Source: Octopus sinensis (lineage: Eukaryota). From it: a stretch of 64,000 nucleotides of DNA. The notes below the pieces were generated by a model. It was not told the DNA's origin. It did no database searches and saw only the letters and a program-made list of their open reading frames with translations. Position numbers and translations under genes: made by a program. This document shows positions 1-11,894 of the stretch, one piece after another. Position 1 is the first letter of the stretch. Each line of letters begins with the position of its first letter. The DNA lies in assembly GCF_006345805.1 (NCBI RefSeq), contig NC_043004.1, positions 87,172,001 to 87,236,000 of the forward strand, given 5' to 3'.

Positions 1-499
1 CTCAAAATTCATTGGCAAGTGCTCCAGGACACACCAGTCATATCAACAAGTTCATGAATTATTCAATGGTAGTCCCCCAAGATCAGTTCATGGATTTCCC
101 TGATGTTTTCATTCATTTGGGAGGTCAACAGTCATTCTGAACGATGTTGGTCTTCAAGCGACAAGTAACCATTCCTAAAGCATGTAAACCACTTGTAAGC
201 TTGTGTTTTGCTCATGGCAGTGTCCTTGTAAGGTGTTTGAAGCATGGCAACTGTTTTGGCCACCATTTTCCCCAGCAGAAATCAGAATTTCACAGAAGCA
301 CACTGTTCCTTTGTTTCAATCATCGCGAAAATTAATGAACAAAGACAAGCTACATGGCAGTGCAGTCTCACTCAACAATGCCAGTCAGCAGACTGATGCC
401 CGAAGGTTGCATCAAGTGGCTTCTAGCAGTGGAAGCCTGAACTACAATGGGCTTGTCCAACAGAGAACGTTTCCGGTTACTTTTGGCTACCCCCTCATA
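1..499 (-). mobile_element. Mariner DNA transposon relic: 5' TIR plus degenerate transposase N-terminus, continuing off the window edge
   Basis: Minus strand begins TA-TGAGGGGTAGCCAAAAAGTAACCGGAAAC (mariner-type TIR with TA site). Manual translation from ATG at 323: MIETKEQCASVKF*FLLGKMVAKTVAMLQTPYKDTAMSKTQAYKWFTCFRNGYLSLEDQHRSE*LLTS...IHELILGD...VSWSTCQ*IL, matching the mariner HTH pattern, with in-frame stops. Confidence 0.85.
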
Positions 500-2127
500 T
501 ATGTTTATGCATATATATGTGTGTGTGTGTTTAGTTTCAATTAATTTGCAACAAATTATTTTTAAAATGTATACATATTTGAAGATGTCATTTATGTCAT
601 CAAATTGGGGAACTGAAAACAATTACTGTGATACTGATATATCCAAAAAAATATCAAGAAATCAAATCCAGTGAGGGACTTGTTAGCAAGCTGCAACAAA
701 TCCCATAAATATATCAGGTTTTATTTACAGTTCAATATTGAATGCTGTTTATATAAAATATGTTCCTCAACTTCAATTAACATAGCTGAAAATTTGCTGT
801 CACTACAAATTAATAGTTATTATTTGGATGGGTATCCTTTACCAAATATTCTAGGAAAAGATTAATAAGAAAAATAAATTTGATAATTATCTGGATCTTC
901 TACAATGATTTTGTTCTGAAATTTTTAATCAGTATACAAAACTTAAACTACCCATTAGTTGGTTTATTTTCACAAGCCAAAAATAATTTTATCAAATAGT
1001 TTCCCTTAAGGATATAAATATTATTTACAAGAAAATTTGTTTTAAATTTCAAAACCAAGATAAATTCTGATTAGTTTTTACAATATAAATGACAGTATAG
1101 TAAATACTGTTCCAAGAATATAGTAATTATTGCCTTTGTATATTACCTATGGGATGATAATAACAATAAAGAAATATTAACTCTGCTGATGTGTACATAT
1201 ATTTCACTCTCTTTCTTATTGTATATAATTTGATGTTAGTTATTCCCATCATGAGTAGCACATATCAAGTATGATTATAACAAAGTTATCTACTATTACA
1301 TGTAAATAGTGTCCTTTGAAATTTAAGGCAATATTAATAAATTAGCTATCACTAAAAACAAAGCATTTCACTGAATTGCAGATATATTTCTAAGTAAAGA
1401 AGTATTTCCTGGCAAATTTTTCTGACTATCAAAAATTCTCTTCAAGACAAACATTAGTTTTAATGATATCAACATTTTACCTATATTATTAAATTTGGTA
1501 CTGTTAAACTTCAAAATAACATTTAAGATATTTTTGTTTTAGTATTCAGTCAGTGGTGGGAGAGTAACACCCATGATCCTTCAGTTTTGGAGCCTTTCAA
1601 GCTTGATGGAAGGAGAGGTGGATGTTATTTTCAAACTAGAGATTTGGCCTTGAATGGTTGCAAAAGAGGAAGAACCATGTGGTGGTGTTAAAACAGAAAG
1701 TAGATTAAGTATAACACCTAAGAACACAAAACACAAAGAACTGAAATAAATACCACAAGGTATCATGTCTTATGCTCTAAGAATTTTTCCAAACCATAAC
1801 CTTCAACTGGTGCTTTGTTTTATTGATTCTGAAAGAATAAAGGCAAAGCTGACTTCTTTGGGATTTGAACTCAGAAAATCAGAACATATCCCACAAAGTA
1901 TTTTGTCCTATGCTTTAACAATTCTGCCTATTTGTCATCATGATGAGATCTAACATAAAAGTTTTCCTTTTATACATATTCATAATTTGAGATAGAGTTG
2001 GTATCAATTCTTATTTATCGATTTCATCTAGATACTTCAGTATATTACTTGTAATTATTTAATATACTCGCATAGTAATTATTATTTAATATATAATATT
2101 TATTTTTAATGTATATTTATTGTAGTA

Positions 2128-2550
2128 GGCATAGACATAGCTTTGTGATAAGACATTTTACAACCATATGGCTTTGTGTCGAGTTCTATTGCATGGCAGC
2201 TTAAGCAAGTGTCTCCTACTATAGTCCCAGATTGACCAAAGCCTCATAAAGAGATTTGGTTAGCAGAAACTAAATTGTGTGTGTTTGTGTATTCATTCAT
2301 TCATGTTTCCTTGTCTTGACATTATGTGCAAGTTGTAAATCTAATGCCACCATCAAACAAATGGTGGTGTTTGTTTGAAATCTGTATTGAAATCGTGTTC
2401 AGCCATTGTGCTGTTTGTGTACAGAGGACAAGGGGAAGTGGAGATCGATGACAGGAAGTGTACCCAACCATGCAATATCTGCCACATCAAATTTCATCTG
2501 ACTTATGTAAGCATGGAAAAATAGACATTAAAGTGATGATGTTGGTGATG
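2128..2550 (+). mobile_element. Degenerate tRNA-headed SINE with RTE-like (GAT)n tail
   Basis: Same layout as copies at 20851, 30528, 43455 and 45557: GCAAGTGTCT..TACTATAG..GACCAAAGCC..GATTTGGT..GAAAC, internal (GT)n, tail CATGGAAAA..GACATTAAA.TGATGATG. Confidence 0.7.
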
Positions 2551-3364
2551 TATAATATAGTTTGAAATTAAATTTCATAAACCTGAAATCAAAAGTTGCT
2601 GACAAACATGTCAAGAATTAATGTTCTTTGTGCCAATTAAATTAGGTATATATCAGCATTCTTAGAAAGCTGATGGTGTATTTATATTTTATGGTGATCA
2701 AGTTGCACTAATAATAAATAGTTAGTCCCTACATGAACACCTCAGTTAAGGGATGAACCATTGCTTCTCAACCTGCTAGAAATAGTAACCAAATCTTTTC
2801 TAACCTATATCCTACAGCCTTTTAAGAAAAATAGGGGTTGCACTGAATAGGTAATCCTACATTACACTGTTTGAAAAAAAGGCCAAGTGGAACAGTTTAG
2901 ATAAGTTTTCTCAGTCAGGGCTAATCTGGGAGCTAAGCAACAACCACAATTTTTGTTAAGGAAAATGGTGACAGTAATAAAAATTCTGTTACTTAGATAA
3001 TTTTTATGTTATTGGCTTCAGATACAGCATAATGACCACGATCCATAATATTTTAATGTTCTAGAGATGAAAGATTGACGTCATATGACGAAGAGGTTTT
3101 TTTTTTTTTTATGTGATACCAGAGATCAATTAATGTTGTAGAATTTTTTAACCACTTTTGATTACCAACAATGGAGAAGATGAAAAGGGTTCCAAGCAAA
3201 AAGAATATTTTATTGAACTATGCAAGAGAGACTTAGTGGAATTGGTTGGTAGTTAATTAAAGAATCCAAAACATAAGGATTGCCTATAAAATATGAAGAA
3301 CAGTAAATATGTTTGTAGTAGTAAAAGGAACCAAAGGAGTTTTAGAGAAAAAATTGTGTGTGTG

Positions 3365-3405
<41 letters not shown>

Positions 3406-3708
3406 TTATGTATCATCATCCTTTTAATGTCTACTTTTCCATGCTAAAATGGATCAGATGGAATTCATTGAAACAGATTTTCTGCAGTGAGATGTCCTTC
3501 CTGCCACCAACCCTCATCTGTTTCCAAGTAACACTTTCTCATGGCCAGGTGTTTTTGCAGAATATTGGAAATGAATGACACTGCTTGTATGGCAGAGACA
3601 TTCATTTACACCTATCAAGTGATGTCAAGATAAGAAGACACACACACAAGCATACATACAGATACATAAATACATATGTATGTACCTATGTACATACATA
3701 CATACATA

Positions 3709-4870
3709 AGAGACAGGGATGCAGAAAAAGTAGTAAAATGTGATAAATGGTGTAGACTTCGTAGTGTTAACACCGAAGATATCACCCACATCATAAGCAG
3801 TTGGCCAAAAATGTTGTCACGGTATTATCTACTGATGAGACATGATGTTGTAGCTAGGATGCTGTATAAGGAGATCCATAAGAAGGATAAGCCTGAGACC
3901 AAAGAAATAAGATCCTACAATATGGTAGAAGCTATAGCCACTCATAATAAAAAGGAGTACTGGTGAAATGTCCCAGTGAAAACCTCAATAAAATATGAAC
4001 ATAATAGACCTGACATAGTAATTTGGGATAGAGAAGAAAAACTGTATACAGTGGTGGAAATCAGTTGCCCAGTAGATGTTAGCATAAAGCTAAAGATCAG
4101 TGAAAAAGAAAATACCTATGCTGATCTATTGAGGAATCTACAGCTACTTTATCCAGATTACAAGTTCAGGTTTATACCTGTAATTATTGGGGCACTGGGA
4201 TATGTAACATACTGCCTAAATACCAATCTTGAGAAATTAGGATTCTCAAAACCAGAAAGGAGAAAGCTGATTCAAAGACTAGAGATCCAAACTATCATTG
4301 AAAATGTAAAAATCTGTAAAACTTTCCAGAACTTTATCTTTTAAGTATATATGAGCATGTCTAGATCGTGTGCAGACAGGATGCCGAATGCACCTTTGCC
4401 AAATGACTAGAAGCCAAAGCCAAGAAGCCGAACAGACACAATGCTGGACACAATAATAGAAAAATAAACATTCTTACCTACATAGTTTTATGACCAATTC
4501 ACCAATTTAGCACTTTAAGCATTTTAATTTTCGTATGTCTTTTTGGTACCTTGTCCATTTGGCTTTATGTCTGTTCGGCATTGTGTCTGTTCAGCTTCTT
4601 GTCCTTCAGCAAAAGTCCATTTGGCATCCCAACTGTGTACCATCTAGACTTGCAACTATATGCATAAGAATACATACATAAAATGATACACTCAAATCTG
4701 CACATATACATACATACATACATACATACATACATACATACATACAAACAAACAAAAATACCCTGTTGATGTTCTTGAAATTCCAATGAAGTAGCCTTGG
4801 ATCTAGGTTAGAAACTGGCTCTTTCTCTATTGGCAAGAAATCTTGAAATAAAATTGAATAATGACATACA
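3709..4870 (+). mobile_element. 5'-truncated non-LTR retrotransposon with restriction-like endonuclease (R2/R4/NeSL/HERO group), copy 1
   Basis: ORFs 3676-3966 and 3976-4344 are in one frame separated by a stop: decayed CCHC knuckle CRLRSVNTEDITHIISSW, RHDVVARML motif, PD-(D/E)xK nuclease RPDIVIWD...VVEISCP...KISEKENTY and PVIIGALG. Confidence 0.9.
4366..4642. mobile_element. MITE (~277 bp) inserted in the RLE LINE 3'UTR, copy 1
   Basis: Flanked by TCTAGA at 4360-4365 and 4643-4648; imperfect TIRs (GGATGCCGAATGCACCTTTGC vs GCAAAAGTCCATTTGGCATCC); ~15-bp subterminal repeats GCCGAACAGACACAA in inverted orientation at the two ends. Confidence 0.75.
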
Positions 4871-5273
4871 AAATAAATACACACATGCATGCATGGCTTC
4901 TTTCAGTCTCTGTTTACCAAATCCACTCACAAGGTTTTGTTTGGCTAGGGCTACAATAGAAGATACTTGTCCAAGGCACCATGATTGTGAATTAAACTTA
5001 TTGACACTCCAATTTCAAACTTTAAAGTCTTTATTGTAATTGGCCTGACCATGTCCATATGAATTTGTCATCTATTAGAAAATATATCTCATCATCATCA
5101 TTTAATGTCTATCTTCCATACTGTAAGGGTTTGGAAGGTTTGATAAGATCCAACAAACTGTCAAGCTCTAATGTTGGTTTTGACATGGTTTCTGTGGTTG
5201 GATGCTTTTCCTCACCAACTACCTAACAGTGTACTGAGTGCCTTTTTTCAGGCTAATATATATATATATATAT

Positions 5274-5304
<31 letters not shown>

Positions 5305-5609
5305 TTATGTATCATCATCCTTTTAATGTCTACTTTTCCATGCTAAAATGGATCAGATGGAATTCATTGAAACAGATTTTCTGCAGTGAGATGTCCTTCC
5401 TGCCACCAACCCTCATCTGTTTCCAAGTAACACTTTCTCATGGCCAGGTGTTTTTGCAGAATATTGGAAATGAATGACACTGCTTGTATGGCAGAGACAT
5501 TCATTTACACCTATCAAGTGATGTCAAGATAAGAAGACACACACACACAAGCATACATACAGATACATAAATACATATGTATGTACCTATGTACATACAT
5601 ACATACATA

Positions 5610-6896
5610 AGAGACAGGGATGCAGAAAAAGTAGTAAAATGTGATAAATGGTGTAGACTTCGTAGTGTTAACACCGAAGATATCACCCACATCATAAGCA
5701 GTTGGCCAAAAATGTTGTCACGGTATTATCTACTGATGAGACATGATGTTGTAGCTAGGATGCTGTATAAGGAGATCCATAAGAAGGATAAGCCTGAGAC
5801 CAAAGAAATAAGATCCTACAATATGGTAGAAGCTATAGCCACTCATAATAAAAAGGAGTACTGGTGAAATGTCCCAGTGAAAACCTCAATAAAATATGAA
5901 CATAATAGACCTGACATAGTAATTTGGGATAGAGAAGAAAAACTGTATACAGTGGTGGAAATCAGTTGCCCAGTAGATGTTAGCATAAAGCTAAAGATCA
6001 GTGAAAAAGAAAATACCTATGCTGATCTATTGAGGAATCTACAGCTACTTTATCCAGATTACAAGTTCAGGTTTATACCTGTAATTATTGGGGCACTGGG
6101 ATATGTAACATACTGCCTAAATACCAATCTTGAGAAATTAGGATTCTCAAAACCAGAAAGGAGAAAGCTGATTCAAAGACTAGAGATCCAAACTATCATT
6201 GAAAATGTAAAAATCTGTAAAACTTTCCAGAACTTTATCTTTTAAGTATATATGAGCATGTCTAGATCGTGTGCAGACAGGATGCCGAATGCACCTTTGC
6301 CAAATGACTAGAAGCCAAAGCCAAGAAGCCGAACAGACACAATGCTGGACACAATAATAGAAAAATAAACATTCTTACCTACATAGTTTTATGACCAATT
6401 CACCAATTAGCACTTTAAGCATTTTAATTTTCGTATGTCTTTTTGGTACCTTGTCCATTTGGCTTTATGTCTGTTCGGCATTGTGTCTGTTCAGCTTCTT
6501 GTCCTTCAGCAAAAGTCCATTTGGCATCCCAACTGTGTACCATCTAGACTTGCACTATATGCATAAGAATACATACATAAAATGATACACTCAAATCTGC
6601 ACATATACATACATACATACATACATACATCATACATACATACATACATACATACATACATACATACATACATACATACATACATACATCATACATACAT
6701 ACAACATACATACATACAACATACATACATACATACAACATACATACATACATCATACATACATACATACAAACAAACAAAAAATACCCTGTTGATGTTC
6801 TTGAAATTCCAATGAAGTAGCCTTGGATCTAGGTTAGAAACTGGCTCTTTCTCTATTGGCAAGAAATCTTGAAATAAAATTGAATAATGACATACA
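5610..6896 (+). mobile_element. 5'-truncated RLE-type non-LTR retrotransposon, copy 2 (product of the tandem duplication)
   Basis: ORFs 5577-5867 and 5877-6245 are identical to copy 1, including the same premature stop. Confidence 0.9.
6267..6542. mobile_element. MITE, copy 2
   Basis: Duplicate of 4366-4642, flanked by TCTAGA on both sides. Confidence 0.75.
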
Positions 6897-7277
6897 AAAT
6901 AAATACACACATGCATGCATGGCTTCTTTCAGTCTCTGTTTACCAAATCCACTCACAAGGTTTTGTTTGGCTAGGGCTACAATAGAAGATACTTGTCCAA
7001 GGCACCATGATTGTGAATTAAACTTATTGACACTCCAATTTCAACTTTAAAGTCTTTATTGTAATTGGCCTGACCATGTCCATATGAATTTGTCATCTAT
7101 TAGAAAATATATCTCATCATCATCATTTAATGTCTATCTTCCATACTGTAAGGGTTTGGAAGGTTTGATAAGATCCAACAAACTGTCAAGCTCTAATGTT
7201 GGTTTTGACATGGTTTCTGTGGTTGGATGCTTTTCCTCACCAACTACCTAACAGTGTACTGAGTGCCTTTTTTCAGG

Positions 7278-7322
<45 letters not shown>

Positions 7323-7468
7323 AGCCACTACACACATTTTTTTTCTCTCCTTGTTTTTTTCTGTGTCCCTTTCTGTAGAAGAGCGTAGGCTCAAAACATA
7401 AAAGACTTTTTCAATTCCTGAGCATTATACTAATACATCTGTTTGTTTTGTACACCACCTGTCTTCAT

Positions 7469-7509
<41 letters not shown>

Positions 7510-7864
7510 AGATAGGGGTTGAAAATTCAACCCACCATGGGATAATATATATCCAATATACTGCTAGATAGGTACCCAACAAAATTAATACATAGATGTT
7601 AAAAATTGTCAAACAATCAGTTCATCTATTGCATTATATGGGTAAAGGTAATAATATTACCGTAAATTAATACTACAAAATTAGAGAATGGAGAAATATA
7701 CTTAAATCAGTAAACCATCAACTATCCGATGATACTCAATCCATACTTTAATACACCATTACATATGAGTAAAGGCAATACACAAAATGAAATGAGATAT
7801 ACAGTAATAGTAAAAAGATAAAGAGATATAAGTAAAAAATTTTCAAATATAATATGCAAATAAA

Positions 7865-7985
7865 TCAAAACTGACAGCTGTTTCGGCAGTGAGGACAGTC
7901 ATACCTCATTTAACCTATAAGCCATAAAGGCAGGTATAAATGAGGCATTAACAAGGATGCCCCACGGCCTCTTCAGAGAATTAAA
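7865..7985 (-). ncRNA. Type I hammerhead ribozyme motif (Penelope-type, long stem II), left-arm copy
   Basis: Reverse complement reads CTGAAGA (7976-7970) GGC...GCC GAAA CAGCTG TC (7884-7873); mirror of the 9140-9242 motif. Confidence 0.7.
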
Positions 7986-8326
7986 TTAAATTTGTTATAA
8001 TAGTGAAAAAATTATACAATCATATACATATAAATATAAAAATATAAAAATGTAAAATATAAAAACTTATACATCATAAAGCTACACTTATATAATATAA
8101 TACACATTTGTACAAAAAAGGAAGGTAAACAGAACAAAATAAAACAAAATATATAATAGTGTATATATTAATATCAATAAGTACCGATATTATACATATT
8201 TGGCTAATAGTTTTTTTTTAAATATATATAAAAAAAAGGCTAACATATATGGAGATGAAAAATAATAATTAAATCCGTGGTACAGTTCATAAGATTCTAA
8301 AGCTATAAAAGTTAATAAAAATTACT

Positions 8327-8377
<51 letters not shown>

Positions 8378-8735
8378 TATAATTGTGCCTCAGAGGCACA
8401 ATTATAATTTTGAAGGACTAAATTGTAGCATAGTTGCTTCCCTTTTTGTTTATCTATGTGCTAGTTGTTGCTTGTAATTATGTATGTGTATAAGTGTATG
8501 CATATACATATTACTATGTGTGTATGTGCGATTGATCTGTAGATGGTGTGTGAATATTGGCGTTCCCTGACTAACCAACCGTATAATTTTCTTTTGTGAT
8601 TTAATTTCAAACCAATAGCCATCGAATTAATCTATATTTTCTTTACCTAGTGGTCAGCATTTCTTAACTCATAGTTATTTCGATCTTATAAGGATGGACT
8701 TGGTGCTAACTTAACTGTATCTATTTTTTATTATA

Positions 8736-8785
<50 letters not shown>

Positions 8786-9129
8786 TATTAATAGTAATTT
8801 TTATTAACTTTTATAGCTTTAGAATCTTATGAACTGTACCACGGATTTAATTATTATTTTTCATCTCCATATATGTTAGCCTTTTTTTTATATATATTTA
8901 AAAAAAAACTATTAGCCAAATATGTATAATATCGGTACTTATTGATATTAATATATACACTATTATATATTTTGTTTATTTTGTTCTGTTTACCTTCCTT
9001 TTTGTACAAATGTGTATTATATTATATAAGTATAGCTTTATGATGTATAAGTTTTTATATTTTACATTTTTATATTTTATATTTATATGTATATGATTGT
9101 ATAATATTTTTCACTATTATAACAAATTT

Positions 9130-9250
9130 AATTTATTCTCTGAAGAGGCCGTGGGGCATCCTTGTTATGCCTCATTTATACCTGCCTTTATGGCTTATAG
9201 GTTAAATGAGGTATGACTGTCCTCACTGCCGAAACAGCTGTCAGTTTTGA
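9130..9250 (+). ncRNA. Type I hammerhead ribozyme motif (Penelope-type, long stem II), right-arm copy
   Basis: CTGAAGA 9140-9146, G10.1:C11.1 pair (9147:9230), stem II GGC-c-GTGGGG / CCTCAC-t-GCC, GAAA 9231-9234, palindromic stem III ACAGCTGT, GUC triplet ending at 9242. Stem I is weak (2 bp, then U-U mismatches). Confidence 0.72.
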
Positions 9251-10004
9251 TTTATTTGCATATTATATTTGAAAATTTTTACTTATATCTCTTTATCTTT
9301 TTACTATTACTGTATATCTCATTTCATTTTGTGTATTGCCTTTACTCATATGTAATGGTGTATTAAAGTATGGATTGAGTATCATCGGATAGTTGATGTT
9401 TTACTGATTTAAGTATATTTCTCCATTCTCTAATTTGTAATATATATATATATATATAATATATATATATATAATATAGGGAGAGTTCACAAAAAAAAAA
9501 CAAAAAACAAAGACAGGTGGTGTAGACAACAACAGATGTATTAGTATAACGCTCAGGAATTGAAAAAGTCTTTTATGTTTTGAGCCTACGCTCTTCTACA
9601 GAAAGGGGCATATATATATATATATATAAGATATATAAGAAATAATTAAGATTCAGTTGAATTGGGTACTTAAGTTGAAGCACCAAGTCTGTCCAATATC
9701 ATCTGTACAGCTCTAAATCATTGTAGACTTTAGATATTTTCCCCTAAATTCATTCTGATACAATAATAGCAAAAAGACTCAATGTATTCTAAATCCCTAA
9801 TAATGATGAAAGATTTGCTAAAAAATTATAATGGAGTATCCTGTATGTTGGAAATCTATATGGTCATATGCTTCCGAGGAGAGCAGTTTATTTCAAATTG
9901 ATGTAATGTGTGCATTGATCTATTAAATGGAGCCACTTGAAATGGCTGTAATGCACTAATTACCTTGACATTCCTGTTACTTATTTGCTTGTGTGTGTGT
10001 ATAG

Positions 10005-10385
10005 TCATGGCTAATGCTGGTGTCCTGTAACTGGCACCCATGTTGATAGCACGTAAAAAGCACCTTTAGGGCATTGGGCCTCATGGAGGCAATGACTGAG
10101 ACCTTTGGCATTATGCTGTGCTTAAGAAGAAGACCCATCAAGCCAAGTAAAATTGGCGTCCTGGCAGATACTGGTGTCACGCAAATGGCACCCATGCTGG
10201 TGGTACATAAAAGCACCCATTACACTCTCAGAGTGGTTGGTGTTAGGAAGGGCATCCAACCATAGAAATCTTGCCAAATCAGACTGAAGTCTGGTGTAGC
10301 CTTCCAGCTAGCCAGCCCTAGTCAAACTGTCCAAACCATGCCAGCATGGACAACAGACATTAAATGACAATGAGGATGATGATAT
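10005..10385 (+). mobile_element. RTE LINE 3'UTR-derived fragment with (GAT)n tail
   Basis: GAGTGGTTGGTGTTAGGAAGGGCATCC...CCATGCCAGCATGGA..GACATTAAATGAC..GATGATGAT matches 17625-17775. Similar tail fragments at ~5094-5250(-), 23455-23640(-), 30920-31088, 40033-40075, 49030-49090, 50740-50850(-), 56065-56236 and 59815-59898. Confidence 0.85.
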
Positions 10386-10689
10386 ATATAAAAGAACAAC
10401 TTTCATATTTATTCCTAATATGTTCTGGCAGATTTAAGCATGAATATGCTAATTGCTGTTGTGTTTCATCACAGGAAAACAGCTTCTCTTTGACAACAAA
10501 TATGTATTCACAACACACCCAATTCATTAGTACAAGGGATTCTGGGTCAGCCGGTGTTTTGCCATCATTGTGTCTTGTCAGGCAGAAGCATCTCCAGACC
10601 AATGAATCTAATTCATAGCTATCAGTTATACGTATGATCTAGTTGCGTGTACCATGATTTCACTAATTGTTTTAGGTGCCTATGCAGTT

Positions 10690-10927
10690 GTGAGCAAGCA
10701 TAGATGTCTTCTTGATTCCCACATCCATTGACCCAGTGGAACATCGAGGATATGACAGCTGGAGGGAGAGGGGGAGCTGCACCAGCACTAGGCCAGTATT
10801 TGTTTTCAACTTAGATCAACATGAAATGAAGTGTCTTACTCAATGCTGCCATTTGGGTCTAGGAATTGAATCTACAACCCTATGGTCATGAACCTAACAT
10901 GTTAACCATAAGGCCACATGCCTTCAC
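10690..10927 (-). mobile_element. Degenerate tRNA-headed SINE
   Basis: Ends ..GAAATGAAGTGTCTT.CTCAA...GGAATTGAA...AACCATAAGGCCACATGCCTTCAC, homologous to the head at 13620-13733; another copy at ~38260-38498. Confidence 0.65.
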
Positions 10928-11894
10928 ACACACACATAAGGCCACATGTCTTCACACATGCACACACACACACATATTGGCCCTGTATGTCAGATTTGGA
11001 TCAATTTATAACAAATTAATGAATGCCAAATAATCAAGAGATGAGCCTGTTCTAAAGAGCAATCAATATTTTAGTTAGAAAAATTGCCTTGTGGTATTTA
11101 GTTTCAGCACTTTATATTTTGTGTTCAGATCCAACTTAGGTCATCTTTATTTTTCACCCTTCTGGGACCAATAAAATAAAGTGCTAGTCACATACTAGCA
11201 TTGATAAGATCAACTACACCCTTCCCAAAATATTCGACCTTATGCTAATAATTTAGTAATAGTAAACAAAACCAAAGGAAAATATGATATTTGGATCAAT
11301 TGTTGAGATTTTCCAGCATCACAAAAAAAAGTGATGTGAAGATTAATCAATCTTTTCAGCCCTGTTTTGCTAAAGGAGCTCTGAAAGGTTAATCTGTTTT
11401 CCTTTTGATCCTTATATGAAAATAACTTTATTTGTGTAAAGACTTTGCTTTTATAATAGTTCAAATTGTTAATAACAACAATGGCTCTTTCCTTGGCCAT
11501 ATGCCATGGAAAGAAGTAAATGACATAAAATGCTTTTATAAAGAATATAGATTGAATTTGAATGTCTCATTCTTTGGTATGTTTACGTATTATTGATCTC
11601 ATTATTGGCAAACACTGAATGTCTCACAGGTAAGACGTGGGTGGATTCAGTATTTAAACATAAGCTGGAGGAAAATTAATCATACACACACACACATATA
11701 TATTACAATCTGTCTTATCTTATCTTGATGAAACCACTACACTATACGGTAAATATATTTTCCCTTTTTACTGTATTTGAAGAATAAATTCAGTTTCATG
11801 GTTGTCTTTGGAAATTCCAAAATTATTATTATAAAAGCAGAGAGCAACCTTGTACTTTTTTCTGAAAATCTAAAATTACTAATACCAAATATTA

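Larger units (their letters stand above)
3412..5005 (-). mobile_element. SINE (RTE-tail family) split by the RLE LINE insertion: tail 3412-3660, head part 4885-5005; duplicated at ~5313-7030
   Basis: 3412-3660 is the reverse complement of the family tail (ATCATCATC..TTTAATGTC.AC.TTTCCATGC); 4885-5005 is the reverse complement of the head (TTTCAGT..C.GT.TACCAAATCCACTCACAAGG). Confidence 0.7.
3366..7281. repeat. Near-perfect direct tandem duplication of ~1.9-2.0 kb (copy 1 ~3366-5256, copy 2 ~5257-7281)
   Basis: Identical ORFs at 3676/5577 and 3976/5877 (offset 1901). Visible differences are microsatellite length and 1-bp homopolymer indels; breakpoints lie in (TA)n tracts. Confidence 0.95.
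7366..9608. repeat. Nested long inverted repeat: outer arms ~7366-7465 / 9510-9608, inner arms ~7674-8376 / 8745-9439, ~370-bp spacer; probably derived from Penelope-like element termini
   Basis: TTAGAGAATGGAGAAATATACTTAAATCAG at 7681 is the reverse complement of 9404-9433; identity continues to (AAT)n at 8330-8376 vs (ATT)n at 8745-8790. Outer arm TTCTGTAGAAGAGCGTAGGCTCAAAACATAAAAGAC is mirrored at ~9568-9603. Confidence 0.95.
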
